From assembly GCA_965216755.1 (NCBI GenBank), contig CBDCGL010000011.1, forward strand, positions 3,626,963-3,690,962: 64,000 nt of DNA. Direction: 5' to 3'. Positions 11,344-21,518 of the stretch are shown one piece after another (positions within the stretch are counted from its first letter, which is position 1; each line of letters starts with the position of its first letter). The stretch comes from Alphaproteobacteria bacterium (GTDB lineage Bacteria > Pseudomonadota > Alphaproteobacteria > UBA7887). A model generated the notes under the pieces. That model ran no database searches, was not told the DNA's origin, and saw nothing but the letters and a program-made list of their open reading frames with translations. Made by a program: the position numbers and the translations under genes.

Positions 11344-11372
11344 ATATGTGGAAGCCCGCTAAACAGTTCAAG
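11344..11372 (-). promoter_or_regulatory. candidate sigma-32 (RpoH) heat-shock promoter of htpG
   Basis: Minus strand reads CTTGAA-N15-CCACATAT about 87 nt upstream of the htpG ATG; compare the E. coli consensus CTTGAA-N13-17-CCCCATNT. Confidence 0.5.
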
Positions 11373-11463
11373 GCGTGTGGTAATTGAGGCGCCCGCGAAA
11401 GCGACCCGCGCGTTGGCCTTAACCCTTGTCAGGGCGATCTAAAATGCCCATTCTCAAGTCCGC

Positions 11464-13977
11464 ATGCAGGTTCAGACCGCGAACGGCCGCATCACAGCCG
11501 TCCTCGGCCCGACCAATACGGGCAAGACGTATTTGGCCGTCGAGCGCATGCTCGGCCACGCCAGTGGCATGATCGGGTGCCCCTTACGCCTATTGGCGCG
11601 CGAGATTTACGATCGCGTGTGTGCGATACGGGGGACCGGGCAGACGGCCCTGATCACCGGTGAAGAGCGGATCATTCCCGCGCGGCCGCGCTATTTCATT
11701 TGCACGGTCGAATCGATGCCGATCGACCGACAGGTCGAATTCGTCGCGATCGATGAAATTCAGCTCGCCGCCGATCCCGACCGCGGCCATGTTTTCACCG
11801 ATCGCTTGCTGCATGCGCGTGGTTTGTCAGAGACCATGTTTCTGGGCGCCGAAACCATGGCGCCGATCATTCGGCAATTGGTCCCGAAGGCCCAATTCGT
11901 GTCGCGGCCGCGCTTTTCAACCTTGCGATACACGGGCGAACGGAAACTCACCCGGTTGCCGCCCCGCAGCGCCGTGGTCGCGTTTTCGGCGGCCGAAGTT
12001 TACGCTTTGGCGGAAGTCATTCGCCGCGTGCGTGGCGGTACCGCGGTGGTGTTGGGCGCCCTGAGTCCGCGCACACGCAATGCCCAAGTGGAGTTGTATC
12101 AATCGGGCGAGGTCGATTATCTGGTTGCCACGGACGCGGTCGGCATGGGTCTCAACATGAACGTCGACCATGTCGCGCTGGCGGCGACGCGGAAGTTCGA
12201 CGGGCGCATGCTCAGGTCCCTGCACGCCGCCGAAATCGCCCAGATTGCTGGCCGTGCGGGCCGCCACATGCGCGACGGCACCTTTGGCACGACCGCAAAT
12301 ATCGGCGCTCTGGATGGTGCGGATGTGTTGGCCGTTGAGAGCCACACTTTTCCCGCCTCGGCCTCGGTGTTTTGGCGCAACACGGATTTGGATTTGTCAT
12401 CGGTCGCCGGCTTGTTGGCCGACTTGGAGCGAAAGCCACGCGCCGATTGTCTACGTCGCGCGCCCGAGGGCGAGGACCTGATCTCGCTGCGCGCGCTTGC
12501 CGCCATGCCCGCGGTCGCGGCCCGCGCCACCGATTACGATCGTGTATCGCTGCTGTGGGACGTGTGCCGTATTCCCGATTTTCGCAAGGTCATGGTCGAC
12601 GCACACTTCCGCTTGCTGGCACAGATCTATGGCCATCTCACGGGTCCCAGCGAACAGCTGCCAGACGCTTGGGTTGCGCGCTTGGTCAACCATCTTGATC
12701 GCACCGAAGGTGATATCGACACCCTGGCACAGCGGATCGCCCATATTCGCACCTGGAACTATGTTGCGCACCGGCCGGGTTGGGTGGTCGATGCCGCCGG
12801 TCTGCAGGATCGTGCTCGCGCCATTGAAGACCGTCTGTCTGATGCCTTGCACCGGGCCCTGACCAATCGCTTTGTCGATCGACGCACGGCGGCGCTGGTG
12901 CGGGGGTTGCGCGCCCGCGACACGACCTTGGCGTCGGTTGGATCGGACGGCACCGTCTGTATCGAAGGTGAGCCGGTCGGCCGCCTGACTGGCCTGTCAT
13001 TCTCACCCGACAACCGCACATCTTGGCAGGCCGATCGAACCCTGCAAGCCGCGGTGCGCAGGGTCTTGATACCGGCGGTCGAAGGTCGCGCCGCGCGGTT
13101 GATCGCGTCCCGCGATGACACTTTCGCGGTCGGACAAGACGGCACGCTCTTGTGGCGCCAGGCGCCGGTTGGTCGGATCGTGCCCGGGCCCTCGTGGCAA
13201 GATCCAGCCGTGCGCATGGCCGGTAACGACTATCTCGATGGGGCGCGGCGCGAACTGGTTCGCGGTCGTTTGCAGGCGTGGCTGCGCCGCTACATCGATC
13301 AAGCGTTTGCCACCTTGCGCCGTGCCCAGCAGAGTGACACCAGCGCTGCGGTGCGCGGTTTGATGTTTCAACTGGCCGAGGCCGGGGGATCGATGCGCCG
13401 CGCCGATGTCGATGCCCAAATCAAGCTGTTGGATCGCGCCGACCGACGGCAACTCGCGCGTCTTGGAATCCGGTTGGGGCGCGACAGCGTTTATGCGCTG
13501 GACATGATCAAACCGCACGCGATCGCGGCACGGCGGCTGTTGTGGCAGGCCCAGCACGGTGAGGCCCCCGATCTGCCACCGGCGGGGGCCACGTCGGTGC
13601 CAGACGACGGCAGCGTGACACCGGATTTCTATGAGGCCATTGGCTATCGGGTGGTTGGCCCGCGGGCGATCCGGATCGACATTTTCGAGCGACTCACCGC
13701 TGCCTTGCGTCAGCGGGCGCGGACCGGGCCGTTTCCGGCCGATGCCGCGTTGCTGGCGCAAGCTGGTTGCCGCCGGGACGAGTTCGATAGTCTACTCAAG
13801 GCGTTGGGTTATACGGCCGTGGCCCGCGACGGTGCCGACGGACCCCAGCTTTACGCCTTTAAACGCCGACAGACTCGCAAAAGGCGTGCGCGGTCAAAGG
13901 CCGACGGCGCGCAGCGGCGCGGGTCACCCTTTGCGGTTCTCGCGCAGTTGCGCGGCGCCACCCAGCGTTCCACATAG
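11464..13977 (+). CDS. Suv3-like ATP-dependent helicase-related protein
   Basis: Walker A GPTNTGKT, DEIQ box, ATDAVGMGLN and QIAGRAGR helicase motifs, with a long C-terminal extension. Confidence 0.8.
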   Translation: MQVQTANGRITAVLGPTNTGKTYLAVERMLGHASGMIGCPLRLLAREIYDRVCAIRGTGQTALITGEERIIPARPRYFICTVESMPIDRQVEFVAIDEIQLAADPDRGHVFTDRLLHARGLSETMFLGAETMAPIIRQLVPKAQFVSRPRFSTLRYTGERKLTRLPPRSAVVAFSAAEVYALAEVIRRVRGGTAVVLGALSPRTRNAQVELYQSGEVDYLVATDAVGMGLNMNVDHVALAATRKFDGRMLRSLHAAEIAQIAGRAGRHMRDGTFGTTANIGALDGADVLAVESHTFPASASVFWRNTDLDLSSVAGLLADLERKPRADCLRRAPEGEDLISLRALAAMPAVAARATDYDRVSLLWDVCRIPDFRKVMVDAHFRLLAQIYGHLTGPSEQLPDAWVARLVNHLDRTEGDIDTLAQRIAHIRTWNYVAHRPGWVVDAAGLQDRARAIEDRLSDALHRALTNRFVDRRTAALVRGLRARDTTLASVGSDGTVCIEGEPVGRLTGLSFSPDNRTSWQADRTLQAAVRRVLIPAVEGRAARLIASRDDTFAVGQDGTLLWRQAPVGRIVPGPSWQDPAVRMAGNDYLDGARRELVRGRLQAWLRRYIDQAFATLRRAQQSDTSAAVRGLMFQLAEAGGSMRRADVDAQIKLLDRADRRQLARLGIRLGRDSVYALDMIKPHAIAARRLLWQAQHGEAPDLPPAGATSVPDDGSVTPDFYEAIGYRVVGPRAIRIDIFERLTAALRQRARTGPFPADAALLAQAGCRRDEFDSLLKALGYTAVARDGADGPQLYAFKRRQTRKRRARSKADGAQRRGSPFAVLAQLRGATQRST

Positions 13978-13991
13978 CCGATGAGAGCAAT

Positions 13992-14420
13992 TTGAGCGAC
14001 GCACCGGATGCCGCTAACCAGGCGGTCCAAAATGGCACTGAGAATGGTGGCGCTTTGCGGCTCGACAAATGGCTTTGGTATGCACGCTTTTTCAAATCGC
14101 GCAGCCTTGCTGCACGGCTTTGTGCCGGCCAACATGTGCGCCTCAACCGACGCCGCGTGAGCAAGCCGCACACGCCCGTTCGCGTCGGCGACACACTGAC
14201 TTTTCCCCAAGGGCGAACGATCCGCGTGGTGCGCGTGGCGGCGCTCGGGGTGCGCCGCGGGCCGGCCCGCGAAGCCGCCTTGTTGTATGAGGACCTGTCG
14301 CCGGCGGCCACCGATGGTGGCGCCACGCGGCCCACGACGGCGGCACAGCGGGCGCCGGGCGCCGGACGGCCGACCAAGGTCGAACGACGCGCGATGGAAC
14401 GGCTCAAGGGTCACTCTTGA
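13992..14420 (+). CDS. RNA-binding S4 domain protein (Hsp15/HslR-like)
   Basis: LRLDKWLWYARFFKSRSLAARLC is an S4 motif. The start is non-ATG (TTG at 13992) and uncertain. Confidence 0.65.
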   Translation: MSDAPDAANQAVQNGTENGGALRLDKWLWYARFFKSRSLAARLCAGQHVRLNRRRVSKPHTPVRVGDTLTFPQGRTIRVVRVAALGVRRGPAREAALLYEDLSPAATDGGATRPTTAAQRAPGAGRPTKVERRAMERLKGHS

Positions 14421-14582
14421 GCCGAAGGTCCAACTTGCTCACCGACAAAGGCGTGTGATAGATGAGGCGCGGTTCGGGACCGACGATTTCAGCGGCACTA
14501 TCCGGCATGGCCCGATACCCAGCGGCGTGGGTGATCCCGCGAACCGACGCAACGGCTGTAAGAACCCCAGGTTAAGGTCGTC

Positions 14583-15047
14583 ATGATTAAGAAGATCGCG
14601 GCGCTTTTTCAAGCCGAGCCAGCGGCCGTCGCGCGCACCGCGACACACGACGATGACGACAAACGCGTCGCGGCGGCGGCCTTGTTGATCGAAGCGGCGA
14701 TGATGGACAGCCAGTTCGATGATGATGAGCGCGCGACGATCGCGGCGCTGGTGCAGCAGCGTTTCGACTTGGAACCCGACGAAAGCGAAGAATTGATCGC
14801 GCGCGCGGCGCGTGCCGTCGACGAGACCCAGCAGCTTTATCGATTTACCCGCGTCATCAACGACACATTCGCGCCCGAGGAACGTGTCGAACTGATCGAA
14901 ATGTTGTGGGCGGTGGTCTATGCCGATGGCGAACTGCATCACTATGAGGCCAACCTGCTGCGCCGCGTCGCCGGATTGTTGTATGTCAGCGACAAGGACC
15001 GGGGCCTGGCCAAGCGGCGAGTCTTACAGCGTTTGGGCCTCAGCTAA
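14583..15047 (+). CDS. TerB-family (tellurite-resistance-like) protein
   Basis: 154 aa. The acidic helical pattern ...MLWAVVYADGELHHYEANLLRRVAGLLYV is typical of TerB-like domains. Confidence 0.6.
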   Translation: MIKKIAALFQAEPAAVARTATHDDDDKRVAAAALLIEAAMMDSQFDDDERATIAALVQQRFDLEPDESEELIARAARAVDETQQLYRFTRVINDTFAPEERVELIEMLWAVVYADGELHHYEANLLRRVAGLLYVSDKDRGLAKRRVLQRLGLS

Positions 15048-15195
15048 CGTTCTTGCGCGCAGTGCGCGCCTGCCGAACACAAGAATTCATTGAATAAAGT
15101 GTCCGCGTGGGCCAGAAACAGGCGGTTGAGACAACGGGGCTACTGTTGGCGCTGTGCCCGGGCCGCCGATGCGCCGGTTTGAGGAGAGGGTGAGA

Positions 15196-15537
15196 ATGAC
15201 CTACGTCGTGATCGATTCATGCATTCGCTGCAAATACATGGATTGTGTTGAAGTGTGCCCGGTGGACTGCTTCTACGAAGGTGAAAACATGCTGGTCATT
15301 CATCCGGATGAATGCATCGATTGCGGCGTTTGCGAACCGGAGTGCCCGGCCGAGGCGATATTGCCCGACAGTGAGGGCGAGCTCGACAAATGGCTGAAAT
15401 TGAATCGCGATTATGCCGAGAAGTGGCCGAATATTACGCGCAAGGGCGAGTCACCGCCGGACGCCGATGAATACAAGGATATGGATGGCAAGTTCGAAAA
15501 GTTTTTCAGCGACAAGCCGGGCAATACGGACGGTTAG
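15196..15537 (+). CDS. fdxA: 7Fe ferredoxin FdxA
   Basis: [29 protein letters not shown]...[12 protein letters not shown] cluster motifs; GAGGAG RBS region upstream of the ATG at 15196. Confidence 0.9.
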   Translation: MTYVVIDSCIRCKYMDCVEVCPVDCFYEGENMLVIHPDECIDCGVCEPECPAEAILPDSEGELDKWLKLNRDYAEKWPNITRKGESPPDADEYKDMDGKFEKFFSDKPGNTDG

Positions 15538-15936
15538 CTGGCGTACTGGCCCGGGCGCGATCGCTGGCCGGGCCGGGTGACGCGAATGATCCAATGCGAA
15601 CTTTCCCTGCCGCCGCGGATCACGTCGCCCTGAGCGTGACGGGTATGGCAGCTACGCGGGCCGTTTCTGCCAAAACATTGTATTTCTGCAACAATTTGTG
15701 ATACTTTCTTGAAGCTGGTTAGTGGGAAGTCGTTCGTGCCCCGCCGTAACAATGGCCGGGGTGTCATCATCCGAGCACTGACGAACGAGACTGTCGCGGG
15801 CAGGCCTTAGAACGTGGGGCTGGCGCCGTGAAGGTGACGGTTCGCCAATTTGGCCATCAACGCTATTGCCTATGCCCAGCGCCCGCGGCGACAGCCAAAG
15901 CCGCATTGAACCTAAGCGGGAAGAAAGACTTTTGAC

Positions 15937-16434
15937 ATGATGGACAAGCGGAAATTCGACGCGGGTGACTTTGTCGTCTATCCGTCGCATGGCCTGGGCC
16001 GTGTCATCGGCCTGGAACAACAGACCATAGGCGGGATGGAGCTCAATCTGTATGTGATTGATTTCGCTAAAGATAAGATGACGTTGCGGGTGCCGATCGA
16101 AAAGGCTCTGGATTCAGGTATGCGGCCCATCAGCTCCCACGCGCAAATGGGTAAGGCGGTCAAGACTCTGAAGGGCCGCGCCCGCGTCAAGCGCACGATG
16201 TGGAGCCGGCGCGCACAGGAATATGAGGCCAAGCTCAATTCGGGCGACCCAGTATCAATTGCCGAAGTCCTGCGCGATCTGCACCGCGCGGCGGGGCAAC
16301 CCGAGCAATCCTATAGCGAGCGACAACTTTATGAAGCCGCGCTTGACAGGCTGGCGCGTGAGTTCGCCGCCGTCGAGAATATCGATACGGATGCGGCGAC
16401 CAAAAAACTTGAAGAGGTCCTGGAGGCGGCCTAG
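15937..16434 (+). CDS. carD: CarD/CdnL family transcriptional regulator
   Basis: FDAGDFVVYPSHGLGRVIGLEQQTIGGMELNLYVIDF is the N-terminal Tudor-like CarD motif; 165 aa. Confidence 0.9.
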   Translation: MMDKRKFDAGDFVVYPSHGLGRVIGLEQQTIGGMELNLYVIDFAKDKMTLRVPIEKALDSGMRPISSHAQMGKAVKTLKGRARVKRTMWSRRAQEYEAKLNSGDPVSIAEVLRDLHRAAGQPEQSYSERQLYEAALDRLAREFAAVENIDTDAATKKLEEVLEAA

Positions 16435-16623
16435 CGTGGCCTGAACGTCGTCGACCGGTTATCGTTCCATCGATATCACTTGTGTTGCGTTAGCGTGCCA
16501 CGCCAAGCACCGACCGCGATGGCGGTTGGTTGTCGTCGCCGCGCCAGTGGGTATGATGCACTTTGTGGCGACCTTGCCGAATTGATTGCGGCAAGTCGTC
16601 GGTGTTGAGGGCCGTCGACGCGC

Positions 16624-17430
16624 GTGGCTGGGGGGCAACAGGGTAAATTTGCAGTGTTGGCGCATCCGCGCCGGGTTTGGGCCGTGGCAGCCGTCCACGG
16701 CGCTGCGGCACGACTGCGTGCCCTCCACGACAGTTTGGAGCGCCGGTTCGTCGCCGGCGATCGCTTGGTTTACACGGGCAATCTGTTGGGCCGCGGCGAT
16801 GCCGTTCGCGAAACGGCGGACGAGGTTCTGCTGTTTCGACGCGCCTTGTTGGCGCGCTTTCTTTTGCAAAACGAGGACATCGTCATATTGCGCGGTGGCC
16901 AGGAAGAGATGTGGCACAAGCTTCTGCAGCTGCATCTGGCGCACGCACCGGCCCAGGTCGCGGAATGGATGTTCGCCAATGGCGCCGCCGCGACCCTGGC
17001 TTCATACGGCGGTGATGCGGACGAAGCGCGCATGCGCTGTCGCGAAGGCGCGCTGGCGTTGGCGCGATGGACCGGTCAACTGCGCGAGGCGGTGCGCCGC
17101 CATTCCGGTCACGAAGAGCTGTTGTTTTCACTCCGGCGCGCGGCCGTCAGCGACAATGGCCGCTTATTGTTTGTTCATTGTGGTCTCGACATCACGCGGC
17201 CCCTGGCCGATCAGGCCGACAGCTTTTGGTGGGGCGCCAGCGATTTTCAGGCCATCAATGAACCCTACGAAGGGTTTGCGCGTATTGTGCGCGGCTACGA
17301 TCCCAATCATGCCGGCGCCGACAATGGCGCCGTTGCCATAACGATCGACGGCAACTGCGGTTTTGGCGGCGAATTGGTCGCGGTGTGTTTTGACTCCGAT
17401 GGCGCGATGGTTGATCAGATCACTGTCTGA
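16624..17430 (+). CDS. metallophosphoesterase-like protein with degenerate metal-binding motifs
   Basis: PPP-family layout, but the motifs read AAVHG (GDxHG), GNLLGRG (GDxVDRG) and RGGQEE (GNHE). GTG start. Confidence 0.55.
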   Translation: MAGGQQGKFAVLAHPRRVWAVAAVHGAAARLRALHDSLERRFVAGDRLVYTGNLLGRGDAVRETADEVLLFRRALLARFLLQNEDIVILRGGQEEMWHKLLQLHLAHAPAQVAEWMFANGAAATLASYGGDADEARMRCREGALALARWTGQLREAVRRHSGHEELLFSLRRAAVSDNGRLLFVHCGLDITRPLADQADSFWWGASDFQAINEPYEGFARIVRGYDPNHAGADNGAVAITIDGNCGFGGELVAVCFDSDGAMVDQITV

Positions 17431-17608
17431 GCGCTGATCATTCGGCGGTCGCCGACCGAACGTGTTCCCCAATTTGAGCTGTATTTCCGCGGTTTCTGCG
17501 TAAGCCATTGGCCCTTAACGCTTTGGTAAGCATTGGCGGTTGTTAATACATTCACCGTCAAGAAATAGGCGGGCAATTATTCAACCAAGAATGTGGTCAG
17601 GTTCAACA

Positions 17609-18487
17609 ATGGCTGTTGCAGAAAATCCCGCCACGCAAAGTGCAAATCGGCGGTACATCAATCGGTCCATGAAGACGGCGCTGCTGACGCGTGAACGCGA
17701 GTTCGAGCTGGCGCGTCGGTGGCGCGATTCGCAGGATGAAGAGGCATTGCACGAATTGGTCAATGCCTACTCTCGGCTGGTCATCAAGATCGCGGCGCGG
17801 TTCCGCAACTACGGGCTGCCCATGAGTGACCTTGTGCAAGAAGGCAACATCGGCATCTTGCAGGCGGCGGCGCGTTTCGAGCCGGAACGCGAGATCCGCT
17901 TTTCGACCTACGCCTCTTGGTGGATTCGCTCGGCGATGCAGGACTATGTGCTGCGCAACTGGTCGATTGTCCGTACCGGAACGACCGCCGCTCAAAAAGC
18001 GTTGTTCTTTAATCTACGCCGCATGCGCGCCAAATATGCGCGCGATTTGGACGGCTGGCTGGATGAAAAAAGCACACGAAAAATCGCCGACGAGCTACGC
18101 GTCAACACCTCGGATGTTGGCGACATGGAAATGCGCTTGGCCGCCAATGACCAGTCGCTGAATGCCTCCGTCGCCGATTCTAGCGAGGACGAGTGGCAGG
18201 ATTTCTTGCAAGACGACCAAGCTGGCCCGGAAGAGGTGGTCGTTGAAATGCGCGACCACGAGACCCGCTCGCGTTGGCTTGCTCAGGCGCTAGAGGAGCT
18301 GTCGCCACGTGAACGGACGATCATCAGCGAACGGCGCTTGCGCGAAAACGCGGTGACTCTGGAGGAACTTGGCAAGACCTTGGGAATCAGCAAGGAGCGC
18401 GTCCGCCAGATCGAACATAAGGCTTTGCAAAAACTGCGCACGTCGGTCACCAAGCGCGAGAATCCCGAACTCGATCAGGCGGCGTAG
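17609..18487 (+). CDS. rpoH: RNA polymerase sigma-32 factor
   Basis: DLVQEGNIGILQAAARFEPEREIRFSTYASWWIRSAMQDYVLRNWSIVRTGTTAAQKALFFNLRRM includes the RpoH box. The start could be 17591 or 17609. Confidence 0.9.
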   Translation: MAVAENPATQSANRRYINRSMKTALLTREREFELARRWRDSQDEEALHELVNAYSRLVIKIAARFRNYGLPMSDLVQEGNIGILQAAARFEPEREIRFSTYASWWIRSAMQDYVLRNWSIVRTGTTAAQKALFFNLRRMRAKYARDLDGWLDEKSTRKIADELRVNTSDVGDMEMRLAANDQSLNASVADSSEDEWQDFLQDDQAGPEEVVVEMRDHETRSRWLAQALEELSPRERTIISERRLRENAVTLEELGKTLGISKERVRQIEHKALQKLRTSVTKRENPELDQAA

Positions 18488-18532
18488 TTTCGACGCGTTG
18501 CCAATCTGATTGCGCGCGCCGGGGCCGAGTGG

Positions 18533-19339
18533 TCAGAACAACAGCTCGATTTGTTCGGGGTGGGTCGCATCGATGACCGGGCCATTGAATTCCTCGATCC
18601 AGCCCCGCGCCCGCAAATCACGGCCGACCAGCTCCTCGAACACATAGCCCTCGGCCTCAAATAGGCGGCGGTCGCGCGGGGCGATGGATATGGTGAAGTC
18701 ACTTCGCCAATCTTCGCCAAAGTTCAAATAGGCGCGGCCGCGCACCACCGCCGCCGAAACCACTGTGCCCTCGACCAACTGGAAGCTGCCAATATCATCG
18801 TCGACCTCGACCACGTCCCGGATCGCGTAAAAGGGGTGGCGCCAAATTCCCGCCGCCGCCTCGCGGGCGGCACGCTCGCGGTCAAGCAAATCGCTGACGC
18901 AAGATCGATTGTCGGCAAAAGTGTAGACGCGCGCCATCCCGGCGCTGACCATCTCACCCTGCACCCACAGCGAATCATCCAAATATAGATGAGCCAGCAA
19001 TCGACCATGGCGGTCGACCTCGCGGCCGCCATGCGCCAGCTGCACGTTACGTCCCAGGACCAATTTTTCCAACGCCTGCTGGGCCTCGTCGGCGAGCGGC
19101 CAAGCCACGAAGTTGCGGCGTCCAAGTGGCAACTTCGGCGCTTGGGTGCCGACCAGGCGGACTTCTCGGCCGCTCTCAAGGACGACCGTGTCACCGTCAA
19201 TCACTTCAACAACCTGTTGGCCCGGACCGACACGCTCAAGATCGCAGGCATCGGCCGGTTTGCCCCAGATCATGAGCGCCAGCGCCGGCAGCAATCCAGC
19301 AAGCAAACGACCACGGCCATGTTTTTGCCATGATGTCAT
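18533..19339 (-). CDS. thermonuclease (SNase-like) family protein
   Basis: Signal/TM segment, then VIDGDTVVL...VRLVGTQAPK...DRHGRLLAHLY...QGEMVSAGMARVY staphylococcal-nuclease motifs. Confidence 0.75.
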   Translation of the reverse strand: MTSWQKHGRGRLLAGLLPALALMIWGKPADACDLERVGPGQQVVEVIDGDTVVLESGREVRLVGTQAPKLPLGRRNFVAWPLADEAQQALEKLVLGRNVQLAHGGREVDRHGRLLAHLYLDDSLWVQGEMVSAGMARVYTFADNRSCVSDLLDRERAAREAAAGIWRHPFYAIRDVVEVDDDIGSFQLVEGTVVSAAVVRGRAYLNFGEDWRSDFTISIAPRDRRLFEAEGYVFEELVGRDLRARGWIEEFNGPVIDATHPEQIELLF

Positions 19340-19379
19340 CGCGTCGCTAGTATCCCCCTTCTTCACTTCACCATCGTCG

Positions 19380-20339
19380 ATGTCACAGATCAACCTTTAC
19401 CCGACCATCGAGCCCTTTGCCAGCGGCCGGCTGCCGCTTGGTTCGCCGCATGTCATGTATTGGGAACAATCGGGCCATCCGGACGGCTGCCCGGTTGTCT
19501 TCTTGCATGGCGGGCCGGGCGCCGGGGCGTCACCGTCCAACCGGCGTTATTTCGATCCGACCCACTATCGCATCATCATCTATGACCAACGCGGCGCCGG
19601 CCGCTCGGCCCCTTTGGGCAGCTTGGTTGACAACACGACGCAACATTTAATCGACGACCTTGAGCAGCTGCGGCGGTTCCTGAAAATAGAGTCATGGATC
19701 GTGTTTGGCGGTTCCTGGGGCAGCACACTTGCGTTGGCATACGCCGAGGCGCATCCAGAGCGGTGTCAAGCGCTTGTATTACGGGGCATTTTTTTGTGCC
19801 AGCCGGAAGAGATCGAATGGTTTCTGCACGGCATGGGGCGGTTCTTTCCAGAGGCCTGGACCGAGTTTGTGGGCCATCTGCGGGCCGACGAACGCGACGA
19901 CATTCTCGCCAACTATTATCGGCGCCTCATCGATTCCGATCCGGCCGTACACGTGCCGGCAGCGCTCGCCTGGAGCCGCTATGAAGGGCGTTGCTCGACC
20001 TTGTTGCCGAGCCTCGAGACCGAACAAGCCTTTGGCAAGGAACGAATGGCCTTGGGGCTCGCCCGAATCGAAGCCCATTACTTTGTCAATCGGCTGTTCT
20101 TGCCAAGTGGCGCTTTGCTGACGGCGATCAAACGGATCCACGATATTCCCGGCTATATCGTACAGGGCCGCTACGACATGGTGTGTCCGCCCCGCACCGC
20201 CGACATGCTGCATCGCGCTTGGCCAAGGTCGCGTTTGAAAATGGTTCCCGAGGCCGGGCATTCGTCACTGGAGCCGGGCATTAGTCGCGCTTTGGTCGCC
20301 GTTATGGACACATTGCGCGACCAAGGCTCGGGCGGGTAA
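19380..20339 (+). CDS. pip: prolyl aminopeptidase (proline iminopeptidase)
   Basis: YPTIEPFASGRLPLGSPHVMYWEQSGHPDGCPVVFLHGGPGAG and GGSWGSTLALAYA motifs. Start at the ATG at 19380. Confidence 0.9.
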   Translation: MSQINLYPTIEPFASGRLPLGSPHVMYWEQSGHPDGCPVVFLHGGPGAGASPSNRRYFDPTHYRIIIYDQRGAGRSAPLGSLVDNTTQHLIDDLEQLRRFLKIESWIVFGGSWGSTLALAYAEAHPERCQALVLRGIFLCQPEEIEWFLHGMGRFFPEAWTEFVGHLRADERDDILANYYRRLIDSDPAVHVPAALAWSRYEGRCSTLLPSLETEQAFGKERMALGLARIEAHYFVNRLFLPSGALLTAIKRIHDIPGYIVQGRYDMVCPPRTADMLHRAWPRSRLKMVPEAGHSSLEPGISRALVAVMDTLRDQGSGG

Positions 20340-20406
20340 ACAGGTCAACACTGCGCCAGTTTGGGCGCGCATTCGCAAGAACAAGCGATATCGAAAGATC
20401 TGGGGG

Positions 20407-20925
20407 GTGACGATGCGAGCGATGCGGGTGGCCGTGTTATTGGCTGTATGGTGTGCGACATTGATAGCAGGCGCGCGCGGCGTGCGCGCCGCCGACGAAC
20501 CGGATTTCCTGGTACTTGGGGTCGGCGCCTACGATGTTCTTGATGACTTCATCGCGACAGAGTTCGACGCGCAGTTTCGTTTCAATGAACGGCTTTGGTT
20601 TATTCGACCGATGGTCGGCGCGATGGCCACCACCGACAGCGCTTTTTTCGCTTATGCCGGGATATTTGCCGACATCAACCTTGGTCAGAGACTGGTCGTG
20701 ACACCAAGTTTTGGCGCCGGCATCTACCACGAAGGCGACGGCAAGGATTTGGGCGGCAATCTGCAATTCCGCTCGGCGGTAGAATTCGCCTATCGATTCG
20801 ATGATCGGGCGCGATTGGGGGTTGAACTCGGCCATTTGTCGAACGGCAGTATTTTGGATACCAATCCGGGCGAGGAATTTATCATCGTCAACTATTCACT
20901 GCCGACCGATGTGTTCACACGATAA
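20407..20925 (+). CDS. acyloxyacyl hydrolase (PagL-like lipid A deacylase family)
   Basis: Signal peptide and small beta-barrel pattern, with a C-terminal GHLSNG...NPG motif containing the His/Ser typical of PagL-like proteins. Confidence 0.65.
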   Translation: MTMRAMRVAVLLAVWCATLIAGARGVRAADEPDFLVLGVGAYDVLDDFIATEFDAQFRFNERLWFIRPMVGAMATTDSAFFAYAGIFADINLGQRLVVTPSFGAGIYHEGDGKDLGGNLQFRSAVEFAYRFDDRARLGVELGHLSNGSILDTNPGEEFIIVNYSLPTDVFTR

Positions 20926-21518
20926 CCGGCGCGCAACCGTCGATATCGCAGGAAAATGATCGTCGCGAAGATCGGCGCGCCCACCGCCGCCAAGATCAAG
21001 AACGGCTGCAACCAGCCAAGCCACGCGACTGGCGCAACGATGAACAATGTGTCGTCCGGGTCAAAACCACCACGGCCGGGAATGGCCTGCGTGCCCGGAG
21101 GTAGCATCGCGTCGATTTGGGCGGCCAGCCAAAAGGTCGCGGTGACCGCCAGCCCCGCGAGTACACCCATGGCCGGCGCCCACCAACCGAGCCCGCTGTT
21201 GACCAGGCCGGCGCCGATACCGACAAAAAGCAGTGCCGTGACGACATTGTCACAAATCAGATCATAGACGTGACCCCAGGCGGATGATTGGCTGGTCATG
21301 CGCGCCAACACGCCGTCGGCACGGTCCAAAAGCATCGATAACACATAGACGATTGCGGCCACCCAATTCCACGTCGCCGCGCCCATCGCGAACAGACCCG
21401 CCGCCGCCAGCCCCGTCACCAGGCGGGCGGTGGTCAAGTGATTCGGCGTGACGGCGGTCCCGGCCAATGGCCGCACCGCCGCCGTAACCACTCGGTGCGC
21501 CCAGGTATTATGACTCAT
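20892..21518 (-). CDS. CDP-alcohol phosphatidyltransferase family protein
   Basis: Perfect D-x2-DG-x2-AR-x8-G-x3-D-x3-D motif (DRADGVLARMTSQSSAWGHVYDLICD) in a polytopic membrane protein. Confidence 0.9.
   Translation of the reverse strand: MSHNTWAHRVVTAAVRPLAGTAVTPNHLTTARLVTGLAAAGLFAMGAATWNWVAAIVYVLSMLLDRADGVLARMTSQSSAWGHVYDLICDNVVTALLFVGIGAGLVNSGLGWWAPAMGVLAGLAVTATFWLAAQIDAMLPPGTQAIPGRGGFDPDDTLFIVAPVAWLGWLQPFLILAAVGAPIFATIIFLRYRRLRAGYRVNTSVGSE

Noticed and set aside
15538-15936. 400-bp fdxA-carD intergenic region as a possible ncRNA or riboswitch
   Set aside because: I see only a GC-rich hairpin right after fdxA and no match to any riboswitch core I know. I cannot support a call without covariance-model searching.
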